64,000 nucleotides of DNA, taken from contig CAYLOJ010000001.1 in NCBI GenBank assembly GCA_964385285.1, positions 88,537 to 152,536 of the forward strand, read 5' to 3'. The notes below the pieces were generated by a model. That model saw nothing but the letters and a program-made list of their open reading frames with translations, searched no databases and was not told the DNA's origin. Position numbers and translations under genes: made by a program. Shown here piece after piece: positions 28,727 to 38,356 of the stretch (positions within the stretch are counted from its first letter, which is position 1; every line of letters starts with the position of its first letter). The stretch comes from an uncultured Gammaproteobacteria bacterium (GTDB taxonomy: Bacteria; Patescibacteriota; Patescibacteriia; UBA9570).

Positions 28727-29815
28727 ATGAATCGTTTACTTCGCTGGAAGCCGCTTGATTGGTGGCTGATTGGTGCCGTATTGCTACTGATGACGGTCAG
28801 CAGTGTCATTTTGTTTAGTTTAAATGCCCAAGCTGAGAGTTTATCCGCTCGTTTTGAAAAACAATTGGCGTTCATCACGCTGAGTATTATCACTCTGTTC
28901 GTGGTGAGTCAGATTAACTATCGGCGTTTTTTGCAATACGCTTATATCATCTACATGCTTGGACTCGTCGTCCTGGTTGCAGTGCTTTTTCTAGGCACCA
29001 CAGTCAATGGCACGACGGGTTGGTTTCAATTTGCTGGCATCAGCATTCAACCTGTAGAGTTCGCTAAAATTGCATTTATATTAGCGGCGGCACGATTTTT
29101 AGCTGACCGCAGTTTCGAGATGGAAAAGTGGGGGACAGTGATGCGCTATGGGCTTCTACTGCTGCTCTATCTCGGACTTGTCCTAGTTCAGCCGGATCTC
29201 GGTTCAGCGGTGATTCTAGGAGGTATCGCCGTTGTCATGGGCCTGGCCACATCCATTCGACCACGCCAATTAGCACTGATTGGCATTGTGGCGGTCGCAC
29301 TCGGGATTATCTCCTGGTTTACCGTTCTAGATACCTATCAACAAAACCGTTTACTAACCTTTGTCGATCCACAGCGCGATCCTATGCGCTCTGGTTACAA
29401 CGTCACTCAGGCTGTCATTTCTGTTGGATCCGGTGAATGGTTTGGCCGTGGGCTTGGTCTTGGACCACAAAGTCAATTGCGATTCTTGCCTGAGCGCGAA
29501 ACAGATTTTATTTTTGCGGTGATCGGTGAAGAACTGGGATTCGTAGGGGCAGGGACGGTGATTAGCGTCTTTGCATTGATCATTTGGCGTCTGTGGAGAC
29601 TAAGCCGCTCACTCAGCGACGATACGGCCCGATATGTGGTCGTTGGATATTGCGCATTGCTCTTTGGCCAGGTGATGATCAACATTGGTATGAACATTGG
29701 TATCATGCCTGTCACTGGTATTCCACTGCCATTTGTGAGCGCGGGTGGCAGCTCACTATTGGCGATGGCCCTAGGTCTAGGAATGGTGATTAATGCCTTG
29801 TCTGCCCGTAAATAG
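28727..29815 (+). CDS. rodA: SEDS peptidoglycan glycosyltransferase RodA
   Basis: QPVEFAKI, QPDLGSA, GYNVTQAVISVGSG, FLPERETDFIFAVIGEELGF, PVTGIPLPFVSAGGSS. Confidence 0.93.
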   Translation: MNRLLRWKPLDWWLIGAVLLLMTVSSVILFSLNAQAESLSARFEKQLAFITLSIITLFVVSQINYRRFLQYAYIIYMLGLVVLVAVLFLGTTVNGTTGWFQFAGISIQPVEFAKIAFILAAARFLADRSFEMEKWGTVMRYGLLLLLYLGLVLVQPDLGSAVILGGIAVVMGLATSIRPRQLALIGIVAVALGIISWFTVLDTYQQNRLLTFVDPQRDPMRSGYNVTQAVISVGSGEWFGRGLGLGPQSQLRFLPERETDFIFAVIGEELGFVGAGTVISVFALIIWRLWRLSRSLSDDTARYVVVGYCALLFGQVMINIGMNIGIMPVTGIPLPFVSAGGSSLLAMALGLGMVINALSARK

Positions 29816-29820
29816 TATAA

Positions 29821-29849
29821 TTGACAATCCGTCGTTTTTTTTGTATTCT
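29821..29849 (+). promoter_or_regulatory. Sigma-70 promoter, near-leaderless transcript
   Basis: TTGACA-17 nt-TATTCT, 9 nt before ATG 29859. Confidence 0.7.
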
Positions 29850-29858
29850 AGCTGAGCT

Positions 29859-30224
29859 ATGTCTAGCCAACATCTAACCCCATCATTAAAGCAAGAAGCG
29901 CTCCAAAAACTGCTCTCTGTTTGCCCGCATTGTCGAGCAAAATACGAGCAATTGGATACAGCGATCATTACTGAGAGTAAAGACGCTGAATTAGTGCATG
30001 TAAAGTGCCGCTCTTGCCAGGGTTCCTTAGTTGCTCTATTATTTAGCACCGGACCATTAATTAGCTCAATTGGGCTAGTTACGGACCTTTCCCAAGAGGA
30101 TGTTGTGCGTTTTCAGCAAGCCAAAGAGGTTTCAGAGGATGACCTATTGGCCTGCCACGAGTGGCTGCGACAACCCAGGGTGGTGGCTGATATGATTAAT
30201 TATCGAGCCAATCAGAAAAAGTAA
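29859..30224 (+). CDS. Zinc-ribbon hypothetical protein
   Basis: CPHC...CRSC, followed by GLVTDLS. Confidence 0.7.
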   Translation: MSSQHLTPSLKQEALQKLLSVCPHCRAKYEQLDTAIITESKDAELVHVKCRSCQGSLVALLFSTGPLISSIGLVTDLSQEDVVRFQQAKEVSEDDLLACHEWLRQPRVVADMINYRANQKK

Positions 30225-30247
30225 ATAACTTAACTTTATTGTATTGT

Positions 30248-30934
30248 ATGGTGCAGAATCAGAATCTTTCACTACAAGCTACAACCCGTAGCATTACCGG
30301 CAAGAAGGTCGCTTCGTTACGCAAAGAAGGGATCACTCCGGGCGTCGTTTATGGACACGGCATCAACACTACTAGTATTCAAATGAACCAGGCCGCATTA
30401 GACAAAATCTATGCGCAAGCTGGCCGCGGTAGTTTGATCGATTTGAGTATTGATGAAAAAGCAGCAGTGCCAGTGGTAATCGAATCTATCTCCTACAACC
30501 GTCTGACCGACGTCGTTGAACACGTGGATTTCCATGCCGTACGCATGGATCAAGAAATCACATCACAGGTAGCCTTAATCTTTACAGGTGAGTCTGCTGC
30601 TGTGAAATCACTTGGCGGAACCTTTGTAAAAAACAAAGATCACATTACTATAAAATGTTTACCTAGTAAGTTGATCAAAGAATTGACCATTGATATTAGT
30701 GTCTTGGCAACTTTTGAAGACAATATTAAAATCCGTAGTTTGAAATTGCCAGACGGTATTCAGATTATGGATCAAGCGGATGACATCATCGCGCTCGTAG
30801 CACAACCACGCAGTGATGCTGAACTTGCTGCCTTAAATGAATCCGTCAATGAAGATGTCACCAAAGTTCAGGGCGTCATCAAAGAAACTCCTGCTGCTGA
30901 AGAAAAGGAGAAAGACAAGGCCAAAAAAGCATAG
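30248..30934 (+). CDS. rplY: 50S ribosomal protein bL25/Ctc
   Basis: LRKEGITPGVVYG, HVDFHAV, GESAAVKSLGG. Confidence 0.93.
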   Translation: MVQNQNLSLQATTRSITGKKVASLRKEGITPGVVYGHGINTTSIQMNQAALDKIYAQAGRGSLIDLSIDEKAAVPVVIESISYNRLTDVVEHVDFHAVRMDQEITSQVALIFTGESAAVKSLGGTFVKNKDHITIKCLPSKLIKELTIDISVLATFEDNIKIRSLKLPDGIQIMDQADDIIALVAQPRSDAELAALNESVNEDVTKVQGVIKETPAAEEKEKDKAKKA

Positions 30935-30938
30935 TACT

Positions 30939-32066
30939 ATGGACCAGTCTTGGTCAGAAAAAGTGAAAGACGCTTGGTGGGCGGTACGAAGAAATCGTGC
31001 CGCTCGCATTGTAGCTGTTGTCATTGTTTCGTTAGTAGCTGTTTTGAGTATCTTATATGGCGTTTTAGCATATTACGGTCGCTTGCCCGGGAAGCAAAAC
31101 TCATCTGATACATTGACGGACACCTCTAACACCAATACGAATACAACCGTAGATCTCACCGGTACAACCACGCGTCAACTCGACGGTGCGACTGTCGATG
31201 CGGCCGTCAGTAATCGTTTTCCGGTGGCAGTGATGATTGAGAATCTAGTGGATATTCGACCACAAGCCGGTTTAAGCTCTGCAGGGGTTGTTTATGAAGC
31301 CTTAGCAGAAGGCGGCATTACCAGGTTTATGGCTGTCTATGCGACCACGGATTCCATAGAAAATATTGGGCCAGTACGCAGTGCTCGGCATTACTTTGTC
31401 GATTGGGCAGAGGAGTATCATGGAGTTTACGCCTATGTTGGTGGTAGCCCACAGGCGCTTGGTGTAACAGGTTCATCCAATTACATCACGGACTTAAATC
31501 AATTCTATAACTCAGAGTATTTCTATCGGTCGACAGATCGAGAGGCTCCACATAATTTGTTTTCTTCCTCCGAATTATTAGATTACGCATTACGAGACCT
31601 TGAATTAGATGCCAAAGCAGGGGATTACACACCCTATACCTTCAAGACTCCGGCTACTGAGGCTGAACGCCCCGGAGCAGTTGCACCAATCACCATCAAT
31701 TACTCAAACAGTGATTACCAAGTGGAATGGCGATACGATGAAGGCACCAATCAATATTTGCGTTGGAATGGCGGAGAGGAACATACGGATGCAAATACAG
31801 GCAAACAATTAGCCGCCAGTAACGTGCTGATTCAACGCGTCGATACGACAGTACTAGAAGCAGCTACTGGGCGTTTAGATATGGAAACGATTGGCAGTGG
31901 CGAGGCAGTATTATTTCAAGATGGAGCGGCAACCATAGGTAGTTGGAAAAAATCGGATCGTGGTGAGCGAACCTTATTTTACGATGCCACTGGTGTAGAA
32001 TTAACCTTTAACCCTGGGCCGACTTGGATTGAGGTTGTGCCAGTGGAAACAGCAGTTACCTACTAA
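30939..32066 (+). CDS. DUF3048 (YerB-like) membrane-anchored protein, paralog 1
   Basis: PVAVMIEN, RPQAGLS, AEGGITRFMA, GPVRSAR, APHNLF, PGPTWIEVV. Confidence 0.85.
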   Translation: MDQSWSEKVKDAWWAVRRNRAARIVAVVIVSLVAVLSILYGVLAYYGRLPGKQNSSDTLTDTSNTNTNTTVDLTGTTTRQLDGATVDAAVSNRFPVAVMIENLVDIRPQAGLSSAGVVYEALAEGGITRFMAVYATTDSIENIGPVRSARHYFVDWAEEYHGVYAYVGGSPQALGVTGSSNYITDLNQFYNSEYFYRSTDREAPHNLFSSSELLDYALRDLELDAKAGDYTPYTFKTPATEAERPGAVAPITINYSNSDYQVEWRYDEGTNQYLRWNGGEEHTDANTGKQLAASNVLIQRVDTTVLEAATGRLDMETIGSGEAVLFQDGAATIGSWKKSDRGERTLFYDATGVELTFNPGPTWIEVVPVETAVTY

Positions 32067-32073
32067 AACACAT

Positions 32074-33189
32074 ATGACACTCAATACAAAACTAGGAATT
32101 GTCGCAGGTAGTTTAAGTTTAGCGGCGGCAACGATTTGGGGAGGAATTCTGTGGGCCAGTACTCAGAACGACATTGCACTACAATCACCCAAAGTGATTG
32201 CACAAGTAACTCCAGTTGCGAATACGAATAGTGCTGTAGATCTCGTGACAGATTTAGTCGAACGACGCATCGATGGAACACTTGTTCAGTCTGATCAAGC
32301 GAATCTTTGGCCAATTGCAGTCATGATTGAAAATGCTGCCTTCGGTGGAGTGCGCCCGCAATCCGGACTGAGTTTTGCGCAAGTCGTATACGAATTGCCC
32401 GTAGAAGGGGGTATTACACGATTTTTAGCGGTGTTCGCAGGGGATATGCCAGAAAAAATTGGGCCAGTGCGTAGTGCCAGACCTACTTATCTTGAATTTA
32501 CCGGTGAATTAGACGCCCTCTATGCGCATGCAGGTGGTAGTCCTGAAGCTCTAGCAGCAGTAGATGGACTTGCAGTGCGCGATCTATCTGCTCTGGCAGC
32601 CGATTCTAAATATTTCTTTCGTGATAATACCTTAGTGGCTCCGCACAATCTCTTTACAACACAAGAACTCTTAACCACAGCGCGACGCGACAAGGGTTTG
32701 GCCGAACAATCACCAGCGTATGATCCTTGGCTATTTAAAGATGATGAACCCACGACTGAGACTGTGTCTACGGATCCATTGATCTTCGATTTTGGTTCTG
32801 GCCCCCTCTATCAGATCGTCTATACCTATAACCGCACAACCAATAGCTATGATCGTAAAGATGGTGGCGATGATCATCTCGATGCAGTGACCGGAAAAGT
32901 AATCTCTCCCAAGGTCGTTATTGCCCAGATGATTCCAGCAGGCACACCCACGGGAACTGAAGGACGTATTAATTATGACGTCACGGGTAGTGGATTAGCC
33001 TATATTGCTCAAGATGGTAAAGTGATTGAAGGAATTTGGTCCAAGACGGATCGACAAAGCAGAACCGTATTTCGTGATAGTGAAGGCAATCGAATTGAAT
33101 TTGATCGCGGCTCAATCTGGATTAGTTTAATTCCAGCAACAGGCTCCGTTACGTTGCCAACTGCATTGCCAAATACCACTACGAATTGA
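32074..33189 (+). CDS. DUF3048 (YerB-like) membrane-anchored protein, paralog 2
   Basis: PIAVMIEN, RPQSGLS, VEGGITRFLA, GPVRSAR, HAGGSP, APHNLF. Confidence 0.85.
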   Translation: MTLNTKLGIVAGSLSLAAATIWGGILWASTQNDIALQSPKVIAQVTPVANTNSAVDLVTDLVERRIDGTLVQSDQANLWPIAVMIENAAFGGVRPQSGLSFAQVVYELPVEGGITRFLAVFAGDMPEKIGPVRSARPTYLEFTGELDALYAHAGGSPEALAAVDGLAVRDLSALAADSKYFFRDNTLVAPHNLFTTQELLTTARRDKGLAEQSPAYDPWLFKDDEPTTETVSTDPLIFDFGSGPLYQIVYTYNRTTNSYDRKDGGDDHLDAVTGKVISPKVVIAQMIPAGTPTGTEGRINYDVTGSGLAYIAQDGKVIEGIWSKTDRQSRTVFRDSEGNRIEFDRGSIWISLIPATGSVTLPTALPNTTTN

Positions 33190-33231
33190 TATACTATACC
33201 GTATAAGTGGACCATTATTAATATTGAAAGC

Positions 33232-33714
33232 ATGAAACTTATTTTCAAATTTGCATTAAGCCTGACAGTCGTAACACTACTAACGACTGGAGCTGGCTGC
33301 ACGAAGCCAAATGACAACGCGAATAGTAATGCAAATGAGACGGTAGTATTGGACGATGAAGCCATTGCCGTAGAAACATCGGATGTATATGGCAAAGACC
33401 TTACTGACGTTACACGCTATCCCGATTCTGTGCGCAGTTACTACTCAAGCAATGAATATGAGACCGATGTCACGTACCAGACCACTGGATCCATCGAGCA
33501 AGTCCGCCAATATTTCAACGATCAACTGACTGCAGCTGGCTGGACGAATTCAGAGGAGGCGACAGACTATATGGAGTATACAAAAGGGGATGATAGCAAC
33601 CCAGAAATCATGACTGTCTATTTTACTGAATACGACGCACAATCCATTTTAGAATACGAATTAGTCTACGAACCTGCCCTGAGTGAAGAGCAGTTAAACG
33701 AGATAGACGAATAA
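33232..33714 (+). CDS. Acidic lipoprotein-like hypothetical protein
   Basis: Signal ending LLTTGAG-C; NDNANSNAN linker; YPDS...YF...L...GW pattern. Confidence 0.7.
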   Translation: MKLIFKFALSLTVVTLLTTGAGCTKPNDNANSNANETVVLDDEAIAVETSDVYGKDLTDVTRYPDSVRSYYSSNEYETDVTYQTTGSIEQVRQYFNDQLTAAGWTNSEEATDYMEYTKGDDSNPEIMTVYFTEYDAQSILEYELVYEPALSEEQLNEIDE

Positions 33715-33732
33715 ACGATAGACCAAACTGAC

Positions 33733-34899
33733 ATGTTAACGCGTGATGCGCTCCGACCAAACTCGTTTTTTGGAGCAGTAGCCCTAATGGTGGGTACGGC
33801 GGTAGGGGCAGGGATTTTTGCATTGCCTTACACATTTGCTAAAGCGGGTACGGTTGTGGGCCTCGGCTATTTAGTGGCACTGGGAGCAATTTTGACCCTC
33901 GTTAATTTAGCCTATGGCGAAGTAGTGTCTGGTACCGAAGGTAATCATCAGTATACTGCCTATGTAGAACGCTATCTCGGGAAAAAATGGAAACGGGTAG
34001 CCCTGCTCTCCATGTGTTTGAGTTTTTATGGCGCCCTCAGTGCCTATACCGTTGAAGTGAGTACGCTACTAGAGAGTCTACTGGGTGAGTGGGTAGCACT
34101 CACACGCGTTCAGTTTGGCTTAATCTATTTTGTTTTAGTATCCAGCGCCTTGTTCATTGGTTTACGCGCAGTGACTGCTGTCGATAAAATTCTAATGATC
34201 GCAATGCTAGGGCTCATCGCCACCTTTGTGATCATTGGTATACCACATGTCCAACTAGCTAATCTAGAAATAGCACATAGTGAGGCATTATTCTTGCCCT
34301 ATGGAGTGGTATTATTCGCACTTACAGCCGCATCTGCTGTACCAGATATGAAGCGGGTGTTGCACGATCAAACTCATCGCCTAAAAAAAGCAATTCTCTA
34401 TGGCTCGCTTATTCCCGTGATCGTCTATGTGGTGTTCACATTAGTGGCTGTCGGAATTACAGGACAGGCTACAACTGAGAGTTCTATTCTTGGCCTAGGT
34501 GAGATACTTGGCCCAACGGCATTAGTCTTAGGAGCAATCTTTGGTTGTATCACCATGACCACCGCCTTCTTAGTGCTAGGGCTAGCATTACGTGAAATGT
34601 ATCAATTTGATATGAAGCTGCACCCCAGCGTATCCTGGTTGTTAGTAGTCGTACCACCACTCCTGACCCTACTGCTCAATTGGCTTAGTTTTGTAGAGAT
34701 TTTAGGAATTTCTGGGGCCATCGTCGGCGGTGTGGACGGAATCTTGATCATGCATATGCATCGTAAATTTAGATTGGCACAGCATCAGCCCTCTGCATTT
34801 ACAGTTAGCCAATCACTGGTGATTCATGCATTAGCGTATTTAGTATTTGCTGGCGGCATTGCCTATGAAACGTGGATCGTTCTTCAACGATTATCATAA
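33733..34899 (+). CDS. Aromatic amino acid permease (Trp/Tyr family)
   Basis: GTAVGAGIFALPY, PYGVVLFA, multiple TM helices. Confidence 0.85.
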   Translation: MLTRDALRPNSFFGAVALMVGTAVGAGIFALPYTFAKAGTVVGLGYLVALGAILTLVNLAYGEVVSGTEGNHQYTAYVERYLGKKWKRVALLSMCLSFYGALSAYTVEVSTLLESLLGEWVALTRVQFGLIYFVLVSSALFIGLRAVTAVDKILMIAMLGLIATFVIIGIPHVQLANLEIAHSEALFLPYGVVLFALTAASAVPDMKRVLHDQTHRLKKAILYGSLIPVIVYVVFTLVAVGITGQATTESSILGLGEILGPTALVLGAIFGCITMTTAFLVLGLALREMYQFDMKLHPSVSWLLVVVPPLLTLLLNWLSFVEILGISGAIVGGVDGILIMHMHRKFRLAQHQPSAFTVSQSLVIHALAYLVFAGGIAYETWIVLQRLS

Positions 34900-36361
34900 A
34901 TATCGCTTACTCGAAGCTATTCCAGCATTGCTGTCTTGGGGTACACTCATCGGAGCTGTTGTCTTAACGTTCATTACACCTCTCACCATGGTGTACGTAA
35001 TTATTGCGTACGATTTTTACTGGATGGTTAAAGTGATCTACGTAAGTACATTCATGGTGATCTCTTTCTTCAAATATAAAAAAACCATGCGGACTGATTG
35101 GGTGTCCTTGCTACGTGATCTACCCGCTGCTCAGCACATTCGTCATTTAGTGTTTATTCCCAATGCCTCCGAAAGCCGAACAGTTGTTGAATCTACATTT
35201 AAAGCTCTGGCAAACACTACCTATCCGGCTGAACAAATTTGGATTATTTTTTGTGCCGAAGCCCGCTTCCCATCTAGTATCGAGAATGGGCACGCCATGC
35301 AAGAAAAGTATGGAAATCGATTTGGAGAAATTATTGTTACCACTCATCCCGACCACATCCCAGGTGAAATTGCGGCCAAAGGTGCGAACTTAGCTTACGC
35401 TGGTAAACTCGTCAAAACAATGATTGATGAACGTAGCATTCCCTATGACGAACTCCTCGTGACCGTTCTGGATGTCGACTCGTGTGTAGAGCGACAATAT
35501 TTTGACTATCTAACTTACACTTTTTTAACTCATCCGGATCGTTTACATACGAGTTATCAGCCCATTCCAATGTTTAATAATAACATCTGGGATTCGCCAG
35601 CCATTATGCGCGTGGCTGCCAGTGGAACCACGTTTTGGTCGATGTCTGAACAAGTCCGACCGGAACGTTTGCTGACATTTTCATCACATAGCATGCCTTG
35701 GCAAGCATTGGTAGATGTCGGGTTTTGGCAGGTAGATGTCGTCTCCGATGACTCGCGCATTTTTTTGCAATGTTTTTTGCAGTATGACGGCAACTACAGT
35801 GTAACGCCGTTACACATGCCTATTTACATGGATACGGTATTGTCCGATAACCTAAGAAAGAGTTTGCGCAATCTATTTAAGCAACAACAACGTTGGGGCT
35901 GGGGGAGTGAAAATATACCGTTTATGATCTGGCAATTCCGTAAGGCCAAACAGATTCCATTGCGTGCTCGTTTACACCATATCTTTATTCAATTGGAGGG
36001 GCACTGGTCTTGGGCCACCGCTTCAATTATCATTTTCTTTTTAGGCTACGTTCCACTGCGTCTCGCCACTTGGGAACAGGCGACAGCACAGGTGGCAACC
36101 ATTGCTCCTCGCTTGCTGCAAATCATGCTGACGATCGCTAATGTTGGGTTGATTTTATCAGTCATCCTTGGTACGCTCATCCTACCACGCAGACCAGCCC
36201 ATTACTCAGCCGGGCGCTACCTGTTCATGATTCTGCAATGGCTATTGCTGCCAATCTCCACGATTGCGTTCGGATCGATTCCTGCCCTTAGCGCCCAAAC
36301 TCGATTATTACTAGGCAAATATCTTGGTTTTTATGTCACAGAAAAATCCCGCCGCTCTTAA
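34865..36361 (+). CDS. Membrane-bound family 2 glycosyltransferase (processive-type motifs)
   Basis: KGANL, LDVD, SDDSRIF, QQQRWGWG, C-terminal TM helices. Confidence 0.85.
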   Translation: MKRGSFFNDYHKYRLLEAIPALLSWGTLIGAVVLTFITPLTMVYVIIAYDFYWMVKVIYVSTFMVISFFKYKKTMRTDWVSLLRDLPAAQHIRHLVFIPNASESRTVVESTFKALANTTYPAEQIWIIFCAEARFPSSIENGHAMQEKYGNRFGEIIVTTHPDHIPGEIAAKGANLAYAGKLVKTMIDERSIPYDELLVTVLDVDSCVERQYFDYLTYTFLTHPDRLHTSYQPIPMFNNNIWDSPAIMRVAASGTTFWSMSEQVRPERLLTFSSHSMPWQALVDVGFWQVDVVSDDSRIFLQCFLQYDGNYSVTPLHMPIYMDTVLSDNLRKSLRNLFKQQQRWGWGSENIPFMIWQFRKAKQIPLRARLHHIFIQLEGHWSWATASIIIFFLGYVPLRLATWEQATAQVATIAPRLLQIMLTIANVGLILSVILGTLILPRRPAHYSAGRYLFMILQWLLLPISTIAFGSIPALSAQTRLLLGKYLGFYVTEKSRRS

Positions 36362-37073
36362 GGTGTCAGTGGTCGTTCCGGCCTATAACGAAGAACTAAC
36401 AATCGCGCGCTGTTTACGCAGTCTGATTGAACAATCGTTACCGGCGGATCAATTTGAAATTATTTTGGTCGATAATAATTGCACGGACAACACAGTCAAA
36501 ATTGCTCAAACCTTCGAGCGCGTGACCATTATCAAAGAAACCACACCAGGGGTTAGCGCGGCACGCTCTGCCGGATGGAAAGCGGCACGTGGTAGCATCA
36601 TTGCTTCAACGGATTCCGACTGTGAATTGCCAAAGCATTGGCTAAAGAAAATTGTTGGCTACTTTGATAACCATAGTGAAGTGGTGGCCATTTCCAGTGG
36701 CTATCTATTTTATGATCGCGACTTTTTCGTCAATTGGATCGTGCGTATTTTTGAACGTAGTCTGGTATCATTGTCCTGGTTTTTGGCTGGTGGCGTTATG
36801 GCGATGACGGCGAACAACATGGCTGTGCGACGCTCCGTCTATGAGCAAACCACTGGATTAGATCGTAGTTTGCAATTTGGTGAAGATCTAAATTTAGCCA
36901 AAAAACTCCACCAATTCGGCAGTATCAAATGGTTATTTAATAATCGCGTACGCACCTCTGCACGCCGTTTTCAAGACATGGATCTTTCCTTCGTTCCATA
37001 CTTTCTAAACTTTTTATCGATGTCCGCGCGTGATAAGGTGGTCAGTAACCGCCTAGATAATATCCGCAAATAA
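36333..37073 (+). CDS. Family 2 glycosyltransferase
   Basis: VSVVVPAYNEE, VDNNCTD, TDSD, GEDL, TSARRF. Confidence 0.9.
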   Translation: MSQKNPAALKVSVVVPAYNEELTIARCLRSLIEQSLPADQFEIILVDNNCTDNTVKIAQTFERVTIIKETTPGVSAARSAGWKAARGSIIASTDSDCELPKHWLKKIVGYFDNHSEVVAISSGYLFYDRDFFVNWIVRIFERSLVSLSWFLAGGVMAMTANNMAVRRSVYEQTTGLDRSLQFGEDLNLAKKLHQFGSIKWLFNNRVRTSARRFQDMDLSFVPYFLNFLSMSARDKVVSNRLDNIRK

Positions 37074-37883
37074 AACTGAAGGATAACCGCGTTTAAAATC
37101 AGCCAAAGCCATCGGTTGTTTTCCTTCCGGTTGAATACGATCAAAATACAGACGATCATTCTCCCAACGTGCATCGGTAATTTTATACCGCTTGCCATCT
37201 TGTTTAAAAAACACACCTGGCCATGGTTGCATTGCGCGATAAGAGTTCCACATGGCTTGATGCGTCATTGTGGGATGCAACTCTCCATCCGCTTTGCGCA
37301 CCATTTTTGAAAGCGTGACACCCTCCGTAGCTTGAGCGATCGGTTGGATATGACCAGCCACATAGCCTGGCAGCGTTTCCATTAAGAGTTCGGCACCGCG
37401 CTCTGCCAAGCGCTGCTCTAAGGTAATATTCGTGTCTTGTAACTGCAATGGGATAGCCTGTTGTTTCAAAATCGGACCCGTATCCATACCAGCATCCAGG
37501 CGCATCACAGTCACTCCGGTCAACGTATCGTTAGCAAGAATGGCAGATCGAATCGGAGAAGGACCACGCCAACGTGGGAGAAGGGAAGGGTGAATATTTA
37601 ACATGCCCAGCGGAAAATGCTGCAATACAGACTGGGTCAAAATGACGCCATAGTAAACAACTACCGCCAAGTCTGCCTCTGGCAGTTGTTCCGTAGTATG
37701 CGTTACGGGTAGCTTAAGTTGTAAGGCGAGTTGTTTAACTGGCGTAGCTTGTAGAAGCTGGCTACGACCAGCTGGACGATCGGGTTGGGTAACCACTTGC
37801 ACTAAATTTTGTCCGTAGTGCTGATACAAGGCACGTAGGGTTGGCAGGGCAAATTCACCACTGCCAAAAAAAATAATTTTCAT
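37053..37883 (-). CDS. fmt: Methionyl-tRNA formyltransferase
   Basis: VVTQPDRPAGR, NIHPSLLPRWRGPSPI, MDTGPIL, IQPEGK. Confidence 0.95.
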   Translation of the reverse strand: MKIIFFGSGEFALPTLRALYQHYGQNLVQVVTQPDRPAGRSQLLQATPVKQLALQLKLPVTHTTEQLPEADLAVVVYYGVILTQSVLQHFPLGMLNIHPSLLPRWRGPSPIRSAILANDTLTGVTVMRLDAGMDTGPILKQQAIPLQLQDTNITLEQRLAERGAELLMETLPGYVAGHIQPIAQATEGVTLSKMVRKADGELHPTMTHQAMWNSYRAMQPWPGVFFKQDGKRYKITDARWENDRLYFDRIQPEGKQPMALADFKRGYPSVLFADII

Positions 37884-38338
37884 TCCTCAAATTTGTCGAT
37901 AATCAAGGTGCCGCGGAGATGATCAATTTCATGTTGAAATACCTTCGCCAACATGGCCTTAGCCTTAAAGGTATGTTTTTTCCCATCCAGCGTGTAAGCC
38001 TTCACTCGAATTTTTTCCGGACGGCGCACATCTCCAAATAACTTAGGGCAGGATAAACAACCTTCTTCCATTAAATGCGTGGCTTTAGAGCTATAGATAA
38101 TCTCTGGATTCGCTAGCATCAGATGGTAGGGAGTTTCAGCAACGTCCTTGTGAATGACAAACAGATTAATATTCTCGCCAATCTGCACTGCGGCCAAACC
38201 AATTCCATTAGCCGCCTCCATCGTCTCCGCCATGTCATTGGCTAGCGATTGATAGTTACTCAAATCCGCCAATGGTAAATCCACTGAGGGTGTGTGCAAC
38301 TTAGGATTAGGTTGGATTGTTAACGGTAGAACGCTCAT
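37880..38338 (-). CDS. def: Peptide deformylase
   Basis: GIGLAAVQIG, EGCLS, QHEIDHL. Confidence 0.96.
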   Translation of the reverse strand: MSVLPLTIQPNPKLHTPSVDLPLADLSNYQSLANDMAETMEAANGIGLAAVQIGENINLFVIHKDVAETPYHLMLANPEIIYSSKATHLMEEGCLSCPKLFGDVRRPEKIRVKAYTLDGKKHTFKAKAMLAKVFQHEIDHLRGTLIIDKFEE

Positions 38339-38356
38339 TATAGCTAGACTAACATG

